From contig CAXXVS010000002.1 in NCBI GenBank assembly GCA_963674755.2, positions 1,184,001 through 1,248,000 on the forward strand: a stretch of 64,000 bases of DNA. The letters are read 5' to 3'. The first letter of the stretch is position 1; every line of letters begins with the position of its first letter. This DNA is from Desulfobacterales bacterium. Lineage in GTDB: Bacteria; Desulfobacterota; Desulfobacteria; Desulfobacterales; UBA5852. The notes beneath the pieces were generated by a model, which was given only the letters and a program-made list of their open reading frames with translations, was not told the DNA's origin and ran no database searches. Made by a program: the position numbers and the translations under genes. This document shows positions 50,042-60,134 of this stretch, one piece after another.

Positions 50042-51588
50042 GACGGCCTCCTTTCCCGGTACACCTGGTGGCGAAGAAAACGGCCGTTGCCGGTGTACGC
50101 CGCAGCTAGCGGGATCACGTTGGGCTGCTCGTAGAGCGGCGCCTGGTCAAGGCCCTGATGCAGGATGCTTTTTACCGTACGGTATTTGACGTTGTCGAAG
50201 TGAAGCGCCCGGCGGCAGGCGGCTTCCAGGCGGGCCGTGCCGTACTTTTTGCTCAAGCCGATTACGCCCTGGGCCGCGCGCAGATTGTCGAGCACTTTGT
50301 GGGCAAACAGCCGGCGGACGAGCCGATGACAATCCGGGCCGACGGCTTCGGCCTGCTTCAGACACCACTGTGGGTCCTGCATCTTGTAGGCCAGGGCTTC
50401 CGGCGGCATGTGGCCGTCGACCGTCGAGCGCTGGCCGGCGCGCTTGAGCCGCGGGTGGGTGGCCACGAGCTTCACGTCCTGGTAGAGTTTTACGGTCGTG
50501 TCGGTGGCTTTTAGCATCAGCTCCTGGTGCACCAAGCGGAAGGGCGCCGAGTAGTAGGCCTTTTCAAACTGCACATGGCAATTGCCGTGCACCTTGACCC
50601 GGGTCCAGACGGCGAGTTCCACGGGAACATCTGGCAGCGGCTTTAAAAAGTGTTTTTCGGTCTCCGCAAACATCTCCAGCGGCCTTCGGTGGGTTGTGCC
50701 GTGGATGCGGTTGCCGGCCCTTTCCAGCAGCCAGCGGACAAGCTGCTCGTTGGCGTCGGCCAGGGTTCGGAAGGTACGAAGCGGCACGAAGTTGTTTTTG
50801 ACATATTTGACACCGGACTCGACCCGGCCCTTTTTCTGCGGGTCCCGGACGGGACACGGCGAAATGAGAAAGCCGTATCCTTCGGCCAGCTCGCCGTAGG
50901 AGCGCTGAACGTCCGGATCGGTGTAGCAGGCCCGGGTGATGGCGCACTTGGGATTGTCGATGATCATTTTGGCCGCCACGCCATTGAAAAACGCGAATGC
51001 GCGCCGATGGCAGGCCAGCCAGGTTGCAACTTTCTGGTCGGTGACGATCTCGGCATACATGTGGCGGCTGAAGCACAGCGTCATCACAAAGATCCAGGTC
51101 TTGATCACCGCGCCGGTAAACACGTCCTTGATCGTGGGCCCTTTGCCGAAGTCAACCTGGGCTGCTTCGCCTGGGGCAAAGTCCAGAACGCAAGAGGCTT
51201 TGGGGCTCGCGTGGCGCAGCTTTCTTACCTGGCGCCGGACAGAGGAATAACTGCCGGAAAATCCGAACTGCCCGACCAAGGCCTCATAGATCGTCGTGGC
51301 TTGAATGCCCTCTGCGACCCATTGCTTGATCTGATCCGCATGCGGCTGGGTCAACGGGGCTTGGTTTTGGCCGGGGGATCTTTTAACCTCGAAGATCTTG
51401 GCGAGTTGTTCGTCGTCGGGCAGCGGGCCGCTATTGAGCCAGCCCTTTTGCCCAGCGACCTCCCGCACGGCGGCGCATTTGGTCCGTCCGATCAGTTGGC
51501 TTTTCGCGATGGCGCGGTCGCTTTGTCCAAGGCGCATACGGTGGATGACTTGTCGGTACTGATGCATCTCGATTCTCCTGTTGGCCAT
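50038..51588 (-). CDS. istA: IS21 transposase
   Basis: PGEAAQVDFG, IIDNPK, KGRVESGV. Confidence 0.94.
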   Translation of the reverse strand: MANRRIEMHQYRQVIHRMRLGQSDRAIAKSQLIGRTKCAAVREVAGQKGWLNSGPLPDDEQLAKIFEVKRSPGQNQAPLTQPHADQIKQWVAEGIQATTIYEALVGQFGFSGSYSSVRRQVRKLRHASPKASCVLDFAPGEAAQVDFGKGPTIKDVFTGAVIKTWIFVMTLCFSRHMYAEIVTDQKVATWLACHRRAFAFFNGVAAKMIIDNPKCAITRACYTDPDVQRSYGELAEGYGFLISPCPVRDPQKKGRVESGVKYVKNNFVPLRTFRTLADANEQLVRWLLERAGNRIHGTTHRRPLEMFAETEKHFLKPLPDVPVELAVWTRVKVHGNCHVQFEKAYYSAPFRLVHQELMLKATDTTVKLYQDVKLVATHPRLKRAGQRSTVDGHMPPEALAYKMQDPQWCLKQAEAVGPDCHRLVRRLFAHKVLDNLRAAQGVIGLSKKYGTARLEAACRRALHFDNVKYRTVKSILHQGLDQAPLYEQPNVIPLAAAYTGNGRFLRHQVYRERRPS

Positions 51589-51692
51589 GGCATTCCTCCC
51601 GGCGGCTGGTGGTTTGCCGGAAAGACTTACCAGATTGTGGATGTAAGGTCCGAGATGCTTTTTGGTTTTATACGCGTTTTTCCCTGCGGCAG

Positions 51693-51844
51693 GTGGCCTC
51701 ATTACGGTGATCACCAACTGGCCTCATTAGGGTGATCATCAAGTGGCTCCATTAGGGTGCTCACAAAGTGGCCTCATTAGGGTGATCACAGGGTGGCCCC
51801 ATTAGGGTGCTCATGGAATGGCTCTATAGCAGTGACCATTAACA
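51693..51844. repeat. Six 25-bp-period transposase-binding repeats at the IS21 end
   Basis: GTGGCCTCATTAGGGTGATCA variants at 51693, 51718, 51743, 51768, 51793 and 51818; inverted copies at 49147-49197. Confidence 0.88.
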
Positions 51845-52319
51845 TTGAAGGGGCGCCCTTGGAATTTGTCGGAAATGTAACGGATCCCGCTTTCGTGCAG
51901 CGTGTAAAAACAGGCGTCAATTGCTTTGGTGGGATGGTGATTAATGGCGACGACACGGACGTATTCGGGGTTCTTGTGGTTCTCGTACCGCAGGGACACA
52001 TAGCTGTCAGGGCCGGGATCGATATGCTTCAGAACATCAGATCTATGCGCGATCCGCCTACCGGTTAGCTCCTTCACCTTAACAGCCATGTGCTCCTGCA
52101 TCGCTCCTCCCCGCGAAAGATGGTCAAGTTTATCGGGGTGTAGGCAGCATTTTTTATGCCAGTAGGCGGGCGATGCACTTATCCGGCATCCAACCTCCTG
52201 TAATCAACCATACTAATCTTCTCATAGGAATTATTATTAAATTTCAATGGGACAGGGAATTCGTCAATCGGGTAGGCAATTCGTTTCCATGATTAGGCGA
52301 CTATACCGGCCAATTCCTC

Positions 52320-52545
52320 CTAAATATCGCTGCCGAATTTATCAGCAATGCGCTTAATCTCCTTCCTGGCGGCAACCGCTATTCTTTTTTGAACGGCTTT
52401 GGCTGCATTGTCGGTCTCTTCAAGGTCGCCAATTATGATGATGTTTTCGTCATTTAATTTGTTGGCGGGACCCGTATAGTTAAAGCTTCCAAATATTGTC
52501 AGGCTGTCGTCAATGGCCATTAGTTTGTGATGCAGCTTAGCAAGA
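52320..52545 (-). pseudogene. Phospholipase D-like C-terminal fragment
   Basis: KLHHKLMAIDD...GSFNYT...NDEN HKD motif; no N-terminal half. Confidence 0.7.
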
Positions 52546-52765
52546 TCCTCCTTATATCAATTAAAAGGTTACCCTCCTGAAGGATACCGCAAAACCCGTC
52601 GACCTGGCGCAGATCCGCCCTGTCCTATATCTTGGTGATAAATTATGCCGGCTTTAAGGTGGGATATTGCTGCGTTGCTTATCTGAAATACTTACGAATA
52701 GCTTTTCGTTCGGTTAATCGCCGTGGAGTTGCCGCACGATATGCGGCTATGTCCATGCACCAAAA

Positions 52766-52945
52766 TTATGCCTGATCATCCACCACAGCATCCTGCACAT
52801 TCTTCTTGATGGATTCGATGGCTTTAACGGCCGAGGCTTTCTGTTTGTACCCCTCCCCGGAAAACATGATTTCGCCATTGCTGGCCCGGAACCTGAAACG
52901 GAATTCGCCCTTGCCATCTTTGTAGATCTCAAACTTGTAAGCCAT
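52766..52945 (-). CDS. YegP/DUF1508 family small protein (missed by the ORF track)
   Basis: AGGAGG RBS; MAYKFEIYKDGKGEFRFRFRASNGEIMFSGEGYKQKASAVKAIESIKKN. Confidence 0.85.
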   Translation of the reverse strand: MAYKFEIYKDGKGEFRFRFRASNGEIMFSGEGYKQKASAVKAIESIKKNVQDAVVDDQA

Positions 52946-52971
52946 GGCAGCCTCCTGTCCTGTTTTGGTTT

Positions 52972-54051
52972 AGCGGTTCTCTGGAAAGCTCAAGTTAGGA
53001 AATGTTCCGATAGCGGGTCCATATCCCACTTGATGTCCTGGCAAATGATCTTGGTGGAACGAACCACCTGCTGAACGATGCGCATAAAGATTTTACCAAT
53101 GCTTTTTGACTTTCTACGGTTGAAGCGGAACACATATTCATCCAGGTAGTTTTGAAGATATTTGGGTTCAAACCGTCCCTGAAAAGTTCCACGGATGAGC
53201 CGTTTCACCAGAGACGTTATCAAATGGGCGCCATATAGGTTCTCATAGTTGATACTTTTGCTCTGATTCGTTTTCTCATGACCATATCCGTTTTCGGTAA
53301 TGAAGTGGTAGCTGGGTAAAGCATCCGTGGCGATGGTGCTGCCAGGCTCAATGTGATGCAGGATAAAGGTTTCAAGGGAATATGCCGAGCAATCCAGGGT
53401 GACGTGCAGACGAATGCGACCCATTCGTTTCTTTACGTTCACCTTTCCACAGCGACGGCAACGATGGTTTTCCCATGGGCACCGCGCCCTCTGGGCCCTG
53501 ATTTCTGGCCGCCGATGAAAAATTCGTCGACCTCCACACGTCCGGAGAGTTTCCCCCGGGTTTGGCGAATGGTGCAGCGTCTGAGCTTTTGCAGCCAACT
53601 CCAGGCTGTCTCATAGCTACCAAAGCCCAAGAGTTGTTGAAGGTTGACAGCATTGATACCGGTTTTCCTGGTGGTGAACCACCACATGGCCTTAAACCAG
53701 TAGGTGATCGGTTTTTTGGAGCTGTCCATGATGGTACCAGCGGTTAATGAATGCTGGTGCTGACATCGGGTGCAGATATACAGATTCCTTGCACTCAGCC
53801 AGTACCTGATACCACCGCATTTCTTACAGACGAAACCATCGGGCCACTTATGCTTGAACAAATACTCGTAACAGGCGTTAGCGTCAGAAAAGCGTGCATC
53901 AAACTCGATTTCGGTTTTAGGAAAATCTTCGGTGATGGTGAAATCTGTCATGGCGAGGCCTCCTTCCTTTGAAGTTTGAGGCCGTTATAACACCGCCGTG
54001 TGACAGATCCGGTCACAACCTGCGACAACTTGAGCTTTCCAGAGAACCGCT
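52972..54051 (-). mobile_element. IS1595-family insertion sequence
   Basis: Perfect IRs AGCGGTTCTCTGGAAAGCTCAAGTT / AACTTGAGCTTTCCAGAGAACCGCT; 8-bp direct repeat TTTGGTTT. Confidence 0.9.
52990..53951 (-). pseudogene. IS1595 transposase, frameshifted near 53440-53450
   Basis: Zn ribbon (CKKC...CTRC) and VEVDE are in one frame; ATDA and YLDEYVFRFNRR are in another. Confidence 0.82.
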
Positions 54052-54065
54052 TTTGGTTTTAATTG

Positions 54066-55502
54066 TTATTCCTCTTGAAAAACCTCGCACTCCTCCGCGA
54101 TTTCATCCAGAAACTCCGGTTTCATGTATTTGATCATTGCCCCGGCGCTCTTGATGGCGTCCCGCAATGTTGAAAAAGCGATGTACTTGCAGATCTGGTT
54201 CATCGGGGTGGGCAGGTTGGAGAAGACCGGTCGGTTCACCTCGGCATAGACTTTACTCCGCCGCTCATCCGGGGCCACGATATAGAGTGGGATGTTGATG
54301 TTGGGCTGCATTGCGATCAGGTCGGCCATTCTTAGGATGCCGGAATAGATTGAGGTGGTGCTCTCTATCTCGAAGGCAGCCAGGATGCTGTTCTGCTTCA
54401 GCCAAATCACGTCGATTAGCTGAATTGTTCTGTTGGTTGTTTCGTCAAACGTTAACGGAAGGGAAACCTTAAGCCTGGGTATATCGCCCAGGCGCTGGCC
54501 GCTTACCTCCTTTCCTCGATCATTGTTTGCCACCCACAGGTCGAGGCCCATGTCATTTCCGAGCTTGAGCAGCATCCACTGAATTTCGGTATGAACCGTA
54601 TATTCCTTGGCTAAATCTGCCTGCTCCTCATGTTCTGGATCGCCGGTTGGAACCGTCAGAACACCCTTGTCGGTATTGACAGTGACGGTAGCAGCCGGGG
54701 TGGCCGCTCCAGGCCTCCATTCGTTTTTAAGATCTTGGTAAAAGTCGAATTTGCGGTCTCGCCTGTCGTATTTTTCAGATAGGTCGCCCCGGATCAGGAG
54801 AATGGCGTCGTCAGGATCGGCAGGTAGCGGCTCCTTTACCTGGTCTCTGTATGTGTTCACGATCCACTGCTTGTCCCGCGAGCTAATGATCCGCTCGTAG
54901 TAGTCGGGAAAGGCCATGTACAGGAGAGCATGTCGCATGTCGTAGGCGCGGTCTCCCTTAACCTCAATATTTTCGAGAACCATGTCCATGGCTGCACGCA
55001 TAGCGGTATGATTGGAAACGATGCTTTCAGGGGATGCCTGCTCTTTTACGTGCAGAGCAAAAAGGATGATCAACCAGAACTGGCTGTATTTGATATGATA
55101 CTTGATCGCCGTCCTGGTAAAACCGTGCGACTGTGCTTGCCAGATAGGATCGTCCTCGGGTGGCGGAGTTAATCCCGCCTGCGATGCAGCCCACCCTATA
55201 TCGTGTCTTATCTTTTCCAGGGTAATATTCGTGGAAGGTAAAAAGTAGACATAGTAGACATCGCAGAGTATCCCCCACTCGGCGGACGAAGCCTGAGCCA
55301 TCTGCTTAAGCAGCTTTTCTTCAAATGAATACTCTCGGCCGATCTCGGGGGCATCAATCATATGCCTTTTTACAGCATTTAAGTTTTCGATAGTCCAGTA
55401 GTTCTGATCGGGCCACAGAAGTGATTTGTCTGACAAAATGCAGTTTTTAAGGAATGATTGAATAGTTGTGTAAAGCAGTTCGTTCTCAAAGCGTGTGGCC
55501 AT
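54066..55502 (-). CDS. Putative restriction endonuclease (C-terminal PD-(D/E)XK-like domain)
   Basis: IDVIWL...AAFEIESTTSIYSGILRMADL, joined by a Pro/Ala/Thr linker to an N-terminal helical domain. Confidence 0.65.
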   Translation of the reverse strand: MATRFENELLYTTIQSFLKNCILSDKSLLWPDQNYWTIENLNAVKRHMIDAPEIGREYSFEEKLLKQMAQASSAEWGILCDVYYVYFLPSTNITLEKIRHDIGWAASQAGLTPPPEDDPIWQAQSHGFTRTAIKYHIKYSQFWLIILFALHVKEQASPESIVSNHTAMRAAMDMVLENIEVKGDRAYDMRHALLYMAFPDYYERIISSRDKQWIVNTYRDQVKEPLPADPDDAILLIRGDLSEKYDRRDRKFDFYQDLKNEWRPGAATPAATVTVNTDKGVLTVPTGDPEHEEQADLAKEYTVHTEIQWMLLKLGNDMGLDLWVANNDRGKEVSGQRLGDIPRLKVSLPLTFDETTNRTIQLIDVIWLKQNSILAAFEIESTTSIYSGILRMADLIAMQPNINIPLYIVAPDERRSKVYAEVNRPVFSNLPTPMNQICKYIAFSTLRDAIKSAGAMIKYMKPEFLDEIAEECEVFQEE

Positions 55503-55756
55503 TAAAACCTCTTTCGAATATAGATTCTATCTGTTTACAATATCACTTTCTATCGCATTATTATATATCTCTTGATTTTCTTTAACCTCAATTTTCATAA
55601 AAAATATATGATAAATCGGTTTCCAGTCAACGCGAGATAGGAAAATATAGCTCCAGATAAAATTACTAATAATTTATGTAGTAAATCAGGCATAGTTAGC
55701 ATTTCGATCGTTGAAGCTCGTTGATATATGACCCTTATTATTCCTTATATTGTTTG

Positions 55757-56473
55757 TTAAAAAATATAGCGTTTTATTAAAAAAAGAACGATAAGAAGTA
55801 AGATTAAAGTGTATGTAATCGTAAGATAATTTTTTATCGAAAAGTACTTAGTCGGAATGACACATACAATTTTCTCTTCATTAATCATTATTTTTAGCTT
55901 ACACTTGGAACCATTGGATTCTAAATGTTTTTCATTGTTTTTTGAAAATATGAGAAATCCCCATACAGCTAAAATAATTGTCATAATTAACCAATAAGTT
56001 GAATTTTTTGATCTAAATATTGAAGATCTAAATCGTATTTCCCTTGTTTCTGATACCAACTGTTTAGTCTTTTCCCACTTTTCATGCTCATTTCTGGCAA
56101 TTTTTTCTGATGGAGTTTTATCTGGATGCATAGCTCTATATATCAGATAAGATGTTGAATCGGGATTCCAAGGTTCTGGTGGATTCCAATGGGCCTCTTC
56201 AATATGAACATAAGGTCCTTTAGTGATGAAAATGGTAGCTGCAATAATTATAATTGATGTTATCGCCCAAATTAATAATTTCTTTTCATATTTTGCATTT
56301 TTTGTATAGAAATGCTTTAAGAAACCTAATATGAAGGCTGATGAGAGAATAAATGTAAAAAAGTATATTTTCTCATTATAACCGAAGGTCTCATATATAG
56401 TTATATTAAGAAAAAATATAATTAGTATCAATGACGGAATTATTATAAATTTTTGGGGTGAATTTAATTTCAT
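55757..56473 (-). CDS. Hypothetical membrane protein
   Basis: About five hydrophobic segments; very AT-rich. Confidence 0.55.
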   Translation of the reverse strand: MKLNSPQKFIIIPSLILIIFFLNITIYETFGYNEKIYFFTFILSSAFILGFLKHFYTKNAKYEKKLLIWAITSIIIIAATIFITKGPYVHIEEAHWNPPEPWNPDSTSYLIYRAMHPDKTPSEKIARNEHEKWEKTKQLVSETREIRFRSSIFRSKNSTYWLIMTIILAVWGFLIFSKNNEKHLESNGSKCKLKIMINEEKIVCVIPTKYFSIKNYLTITYTLILLLIVLFLIKRYIF

Positions 56474-56798
56474 TTGATATTGGCAGTAGAAATTGGGGCA
56501 AAGCTTATAATATCTGTGTCCATATGCTATTTTTATTGCGCATTGGCTTTTTATAGGTTTTGATAGTCCGAATAGTTAATGTTTAAGATACGAGCCAGTT
56601 GAATCTTTATATGGATGCCTTAATCTTAGTTATATAACAGAAAAAATATATTTTGACTTTTCCACCGTTTCCCAGATTGACCACGATTCGGTTACTTGCC
56701 TATACCTCGGCTTGGCTGCCTCGTTTATATGTGGGTGTAGAATTTGCTCCATCTTATTCTCTTGTATTCCTATCTATAAAAAATATGAATTTAACTAG

Positions 56799-57557
56799 TC
56801 AATTTACAAATTTGCCCATTGGCAGTTCGCGTTGTAGGGTTACCGGATCTGGTTTTGTTATGCCTAAAAAACCTATCGCTTCCTTAACTGATAAAGGGCA
56901 ATAAACCATTTTATGGTTATTATTAAAATCTACAATTTCGATTGCGATATATCCAGGCTCTTTTTGTATACCGCTTTTATCAAACGGTTTATCTGTTTTT
57001 TCACAAACCTCGAATTCTGGCATTCTCCAATCCCAAACGAAAAAGAAGTGCTTCATTGTGTTTGCATTGATAATTCTTTCAATTGAATAAAATGATGCAC
57101 TTCTATATATTTCTGGGTTTGGATAAATTTCATAACATTTTTTTGATTTTTCATCGATTGGAATATTTGGAGTATAGTATGCTTTGCTTACATTACATGG
57201 TATTTTTTTAGGATTAGTTACAGCAACCGTAACTTTCTCAAATTCAAGCACATCCAAAACACTTCCACTAATTTCTTGGTTGCTGCCCTTAAATTTCGAA
57301 TACAATTTTTCAATTGTTGGAAACGTTGTCGTCAATACCGATATTAAAGCTATCAGCAACGCAAGTGTCGTGTGGCTAGCGCCTAAGTATCTCCTGAAGT
57401 CTTGATAGCTATCACAATTAAGACATTTTTTTGCATCTTTCTGAATAAGCGATGCACATACTTTACATTTTTTCCTATTCATATTATTTGTGCTGCTATT
57501 TGTAGATTCACTTTTTTCCTTATCATCTTTCTCATATTCACCGTCTTCATGAATCAT
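56799..57557 (-). CDS. Hypothetical Zn-ribbon + single-TM protein
   Basis: CKVC...CLNC followed by a TM helix. Confidence 0.6.
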   Translation of the reverse strand: MIHEDGEYEKDDKEKSESTNSSTNNMNRKKCKVCASLIQKDAKKCLNCDSYQDFRRYLGASHTTLALLIALISVLTTTFPTIEKLYSKFKGSNQEISGSVLDVLEFEKVTVAVTNPKKIPCNVSKAYYTPNIPIDEKSKKCYEIYPNPEIYRSASFYSIERIINANTMKHFFFVWDWRMPEFEVCEKTDKPFDKSGIQKEPGYIAIEIVDFNNNHKMVYCPLSVKEAIGFLGITKPDPVTLQRELPMGKFVN

Positions 57558-57932
57558 TTTGCATGTACTTTCAAAATATTATTGTGAATTCATACCAACC
57601 AAATAACGCTCTTCCACCCGGCGCGTCATTATAGTCCTATGATGCAATCCTTAATTCCAGACACAGCTAATCTTAAGTCTTCGAAAGCAGTTGACCCCAA
57701 AGACTGGACATCCTGATTGTCCCGATTAGCTATAGGCCGAGAGATACTATTTAGAAAGAACTGCATCTGGAAACTGCGGCAAAATACCGATTTACTCATA
57801 TATCCGGACATCTGTTTAGTATTTTGTAAGTGGCTTTAATCTGAACCTTGCCAGCTTTGCAATCCCTATTTTAGATTCGTAGGTTATAAGTAGAAAACAT
57901 CCATTAAAAGATCCTTCCTACTTTAAATTTTA

Positions 57933-58685
57933 TTATTCTAATGAACCCTCATATACTATTGATACGATTTTTATACTATCACTTAAATTCAGAATATAGT
58001 TTAATAAGGACAATTTAATAGATTCAAATTTTTTAACCCCTTTTATAGAAATTTCTGAAACATGTCCTTTATATGCAGAAACAACTTCTGGCATTGCGTT
58101 AGCATTCGTCTTTGTCAAATCTACATATAACAAATCCAATTCTTTTTTATACAGTATTCTGTCGATGGGTTCGAGTGTAGTAATCAGGAATGGTCCCGGG
58201 TTATTGCCAACGGAATTCCTCAGATCCTTATCTGTGGTTGATGCTGCAATGCTTGATAGTAATGATTTTTCCCAATCTTTATCAACGTCGTCATATAACA
58301 TTTTTTTATCTGAATATGAGAAAATAAATAAGTTATATAAAGATTTATCATAGTCAAAATAATGTTTATCATCCTCTATTGTAGACGAAATAATCTCCTC
58401 AACCAATTTTCTATATCTTTGCCACGACTCTCTATCATTTTTGTTTCGGTTAAGCAAAATGTAAGTATACACTGCATAATCAGAAGGTGTTAATTCGTCA
58501 TTTTTCAAGAAAGTGTAAACATGAGATACTTTATTCATGCCTGTTTCTAAACCATCAGTCGAATAGTCTGTCATTCCAACAACAATTTCTATAGTCTCCT
58601 TGTGTGCACATCCATTATATAATATTAATAAAAATATAATTAGAATATTATTAATGGCACAAGAATATTTCCAATAACGTTTCAT
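57933..58685 (-). CDS. Hypothetical lipoprotein
   Basis: LYNGC lipobox-like; PGPFLIT, YVDLT. Confidence 0.6.
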   Translation of the reverse strand: MKRYWKYSCAINNILIIFLLILYNGCAHKETIEIVVGMTDYSTDGLETGMNKVSHVYTFLKNDELTPSDYAVYTYILLNRNKNDRESWQRYRKLVEEIISSTIEDDKHYFDYDKSLYNLFIFSYSDKKMLYDDVDKDWEKSLLSSIAASTTDKDLRNSVGNNPGPFLITTLEPIDRILYKKELDLLYVDLTKTNANAMPEVVSAYKGHVSEISIKGVKKFESIKLSLLNYILNLSDSIKIVSIVYEGSLE

Positions 58686-58695
58686 CTTTATCGCC

Positions 58696-58887
58696 TTACT
58701 TATGTTTACCTTTTGCTATAAGATACATCATTAATGAGGTAATTATGAAAGCTGTTATCACCACAAATGGTAAAAATGATTTTGTTTCAATCAAAGGATA
58801 TATACTTTTTAAAATTACCAATAATATCGAACTCAAAAAAATAGTTATAACTACAAAAATAGAACTTTTTTTAAAATTTAAATCCAC
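58696..58887 (-). CDS. Small two-TM hypothetical protein
   Basis: Two hydrophobic helices, 10 bp upstream of the lipoprotein gene. Confidence 0.5.
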   Translation of the reverse strand: MDLNFKKSSIFVVITIFLSSILLVILKSIYPLIETKSFLPFVVITAFIITSLMMYLIAKGKHK

Positions 58888-59078
58888 GTCTTACCCCTGA
58901 CTATTTAAGATTTAATTGAATATTGATGATTTTGTATAATGTTTAGGAGCTTCCTTTGTTAAGGACGTATTATAGCTTGATTACGACCCTGTCGTTCGCC
59001 TGGGTGACTCTGATTTTCATATATATGTGTTTGTAAAGATTCAAGATTAGGCGTTATCCGGCCCTATGTTTCCACCAT

Positions 59079-59930
59079 TCAGAACAGTATCTGGTATTTG
59101 CTGTCGAGTGGCGTACTCCCAGGATTGACTAAGACAGGCGAAATCCATATCCTCTCTCCGGACTGAAGTATTCGAATGTGACCGCGTCTGAAATGAGTGC
59201 GTGGGCTTGTGCGCTTTCGTTTTTGGTCTTTCTCCTTCTCGTTTCGGTCATAATCCAATCGCGTCACATCTCGCGAAACACAGATGACGTATCCGTCCGG
59301 TAGTGACCGTTTACCCTTTCGTATTCGCTTTTCGTTTACAAGCTTGGGCGTTTCCACATGTTTAATTGATACATTCTGGCACTGCAATAGAACCGCAACT
59401 TCATAAACCGCCATAAGAGAGGGATTCATAGAGTTAACCAGCATTTGTACTTGTTCCTGTGAAAGAGGTCGTTTTCGAAAGTTAATTGGTGAAATCACTA
59501 ATTTGTTGTGCTGGAGTGGCCCCTTAATCAACACGCTCAAGCCCGCAGGATACCAAGTCCATTTGGAATGACCATATAGCTTGCTTGCTTGTGCGATCAA
59601 TAGTTCCTGGTTCTGCTCATTGTGAGTGACAACAGCTACCGTAGGCATGCGCCGATTTTCATCGCGATCATCAAGGATCGGAAATTGCAGTGCGATTACA
59701 GGAAAGGGTTGGTGATACTTCTCCAGCTTAGAAACGGCCGGATCTGATTCGAAAAGATATCCTGTATACGGAGGGTCCGTCATTGTGTATGGTGGTAAAG
59801 AAAACGGTCTTGCTACACGAGCCAGGGGGCCAACGGATTTAGAAAGCAATGGCGCGTCATGCCGCTCATGCTCAAGGCTTTCCAGGGCTTCGTTTAACCA
59901 ATTATAGACTTGGAACTCTGGTGCCTTCAT
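59079..59930 (-). CDS. Hypothetical protein with C-terminal HxRRGH motif
   Basis: SPRTHFRRGHIRIL...IWISPVLVN. Confidence 0.65.
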   Translation of the reverse strand: MKAPEFQVYNWLNEALESLEHERHDAPLLSKSVGPLARVARPFSLPPYTMTDPPYTGYLFESDPAVSKLEKYHQPFPVIALQFPILDDRDENRRMPTVAVVTHNEQNQELLIAQASKLYGHSKWTWYPAGLSVLIKGPLQHNKLVISPINFRKRPLSQEQVQMLVNSMNPSLMAVYEVAVLLQCQNVSIKHVETPKLVNEKRIRKGKRSLPDGYVICVSRDVTRLDYDRNEKEKDQKRKRTSPRTHFRRGHIRILQSGERIWISPVLVNPGSTPLDSKYQILF

Positions 59931-60134
59931 CGCCCTAATACCCCCCTACTAATAATTTATCATTGGAATATTTTCCAGGATATTGGATATAGATCGAATC
60001 CATTCCGGTTCCAAATTCAAACCGTTTTATCACGATCCGAAATTATCCGTAAAAATGTCTAATTCTTGTATATGTTTGTTATGTATATCTCAATAAAGCC
60101 CAATCATTCCAACAAACTGTCTCCTAATTTTACA

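Larger units (their letters stand above)
49147..51844 (-). mobile_element. IS21-family insertion sequence
   Basis: TGTCAATGATCAC.../...GTGACCATTAACA termini, 5-bp direct repeat TTGAA, multiple subterminal 25-bp repeats. Confidence 0.92.
49039..52101 (-). pseudogene. 119-aa hypothetical gene split by IS21 (52101-51845 joined to 49141-49039)
   Basis: Removing the IS and one TTGAA gives the open frame ...FQGRPFKARLKPSEGTVIHFEEKKHNPRLFLFNAAFVDGE*. Confidence 0.75.

Noticed and set aside
51693..51844. CRISPR-like periodic repeats
   Set aside because: The period is 25 bp with only ~4-bp gaps, the repeats sit at the IS21 terminus with inverted copies at the other end, and there are no cas genes. 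These are transposase-binding repeats.
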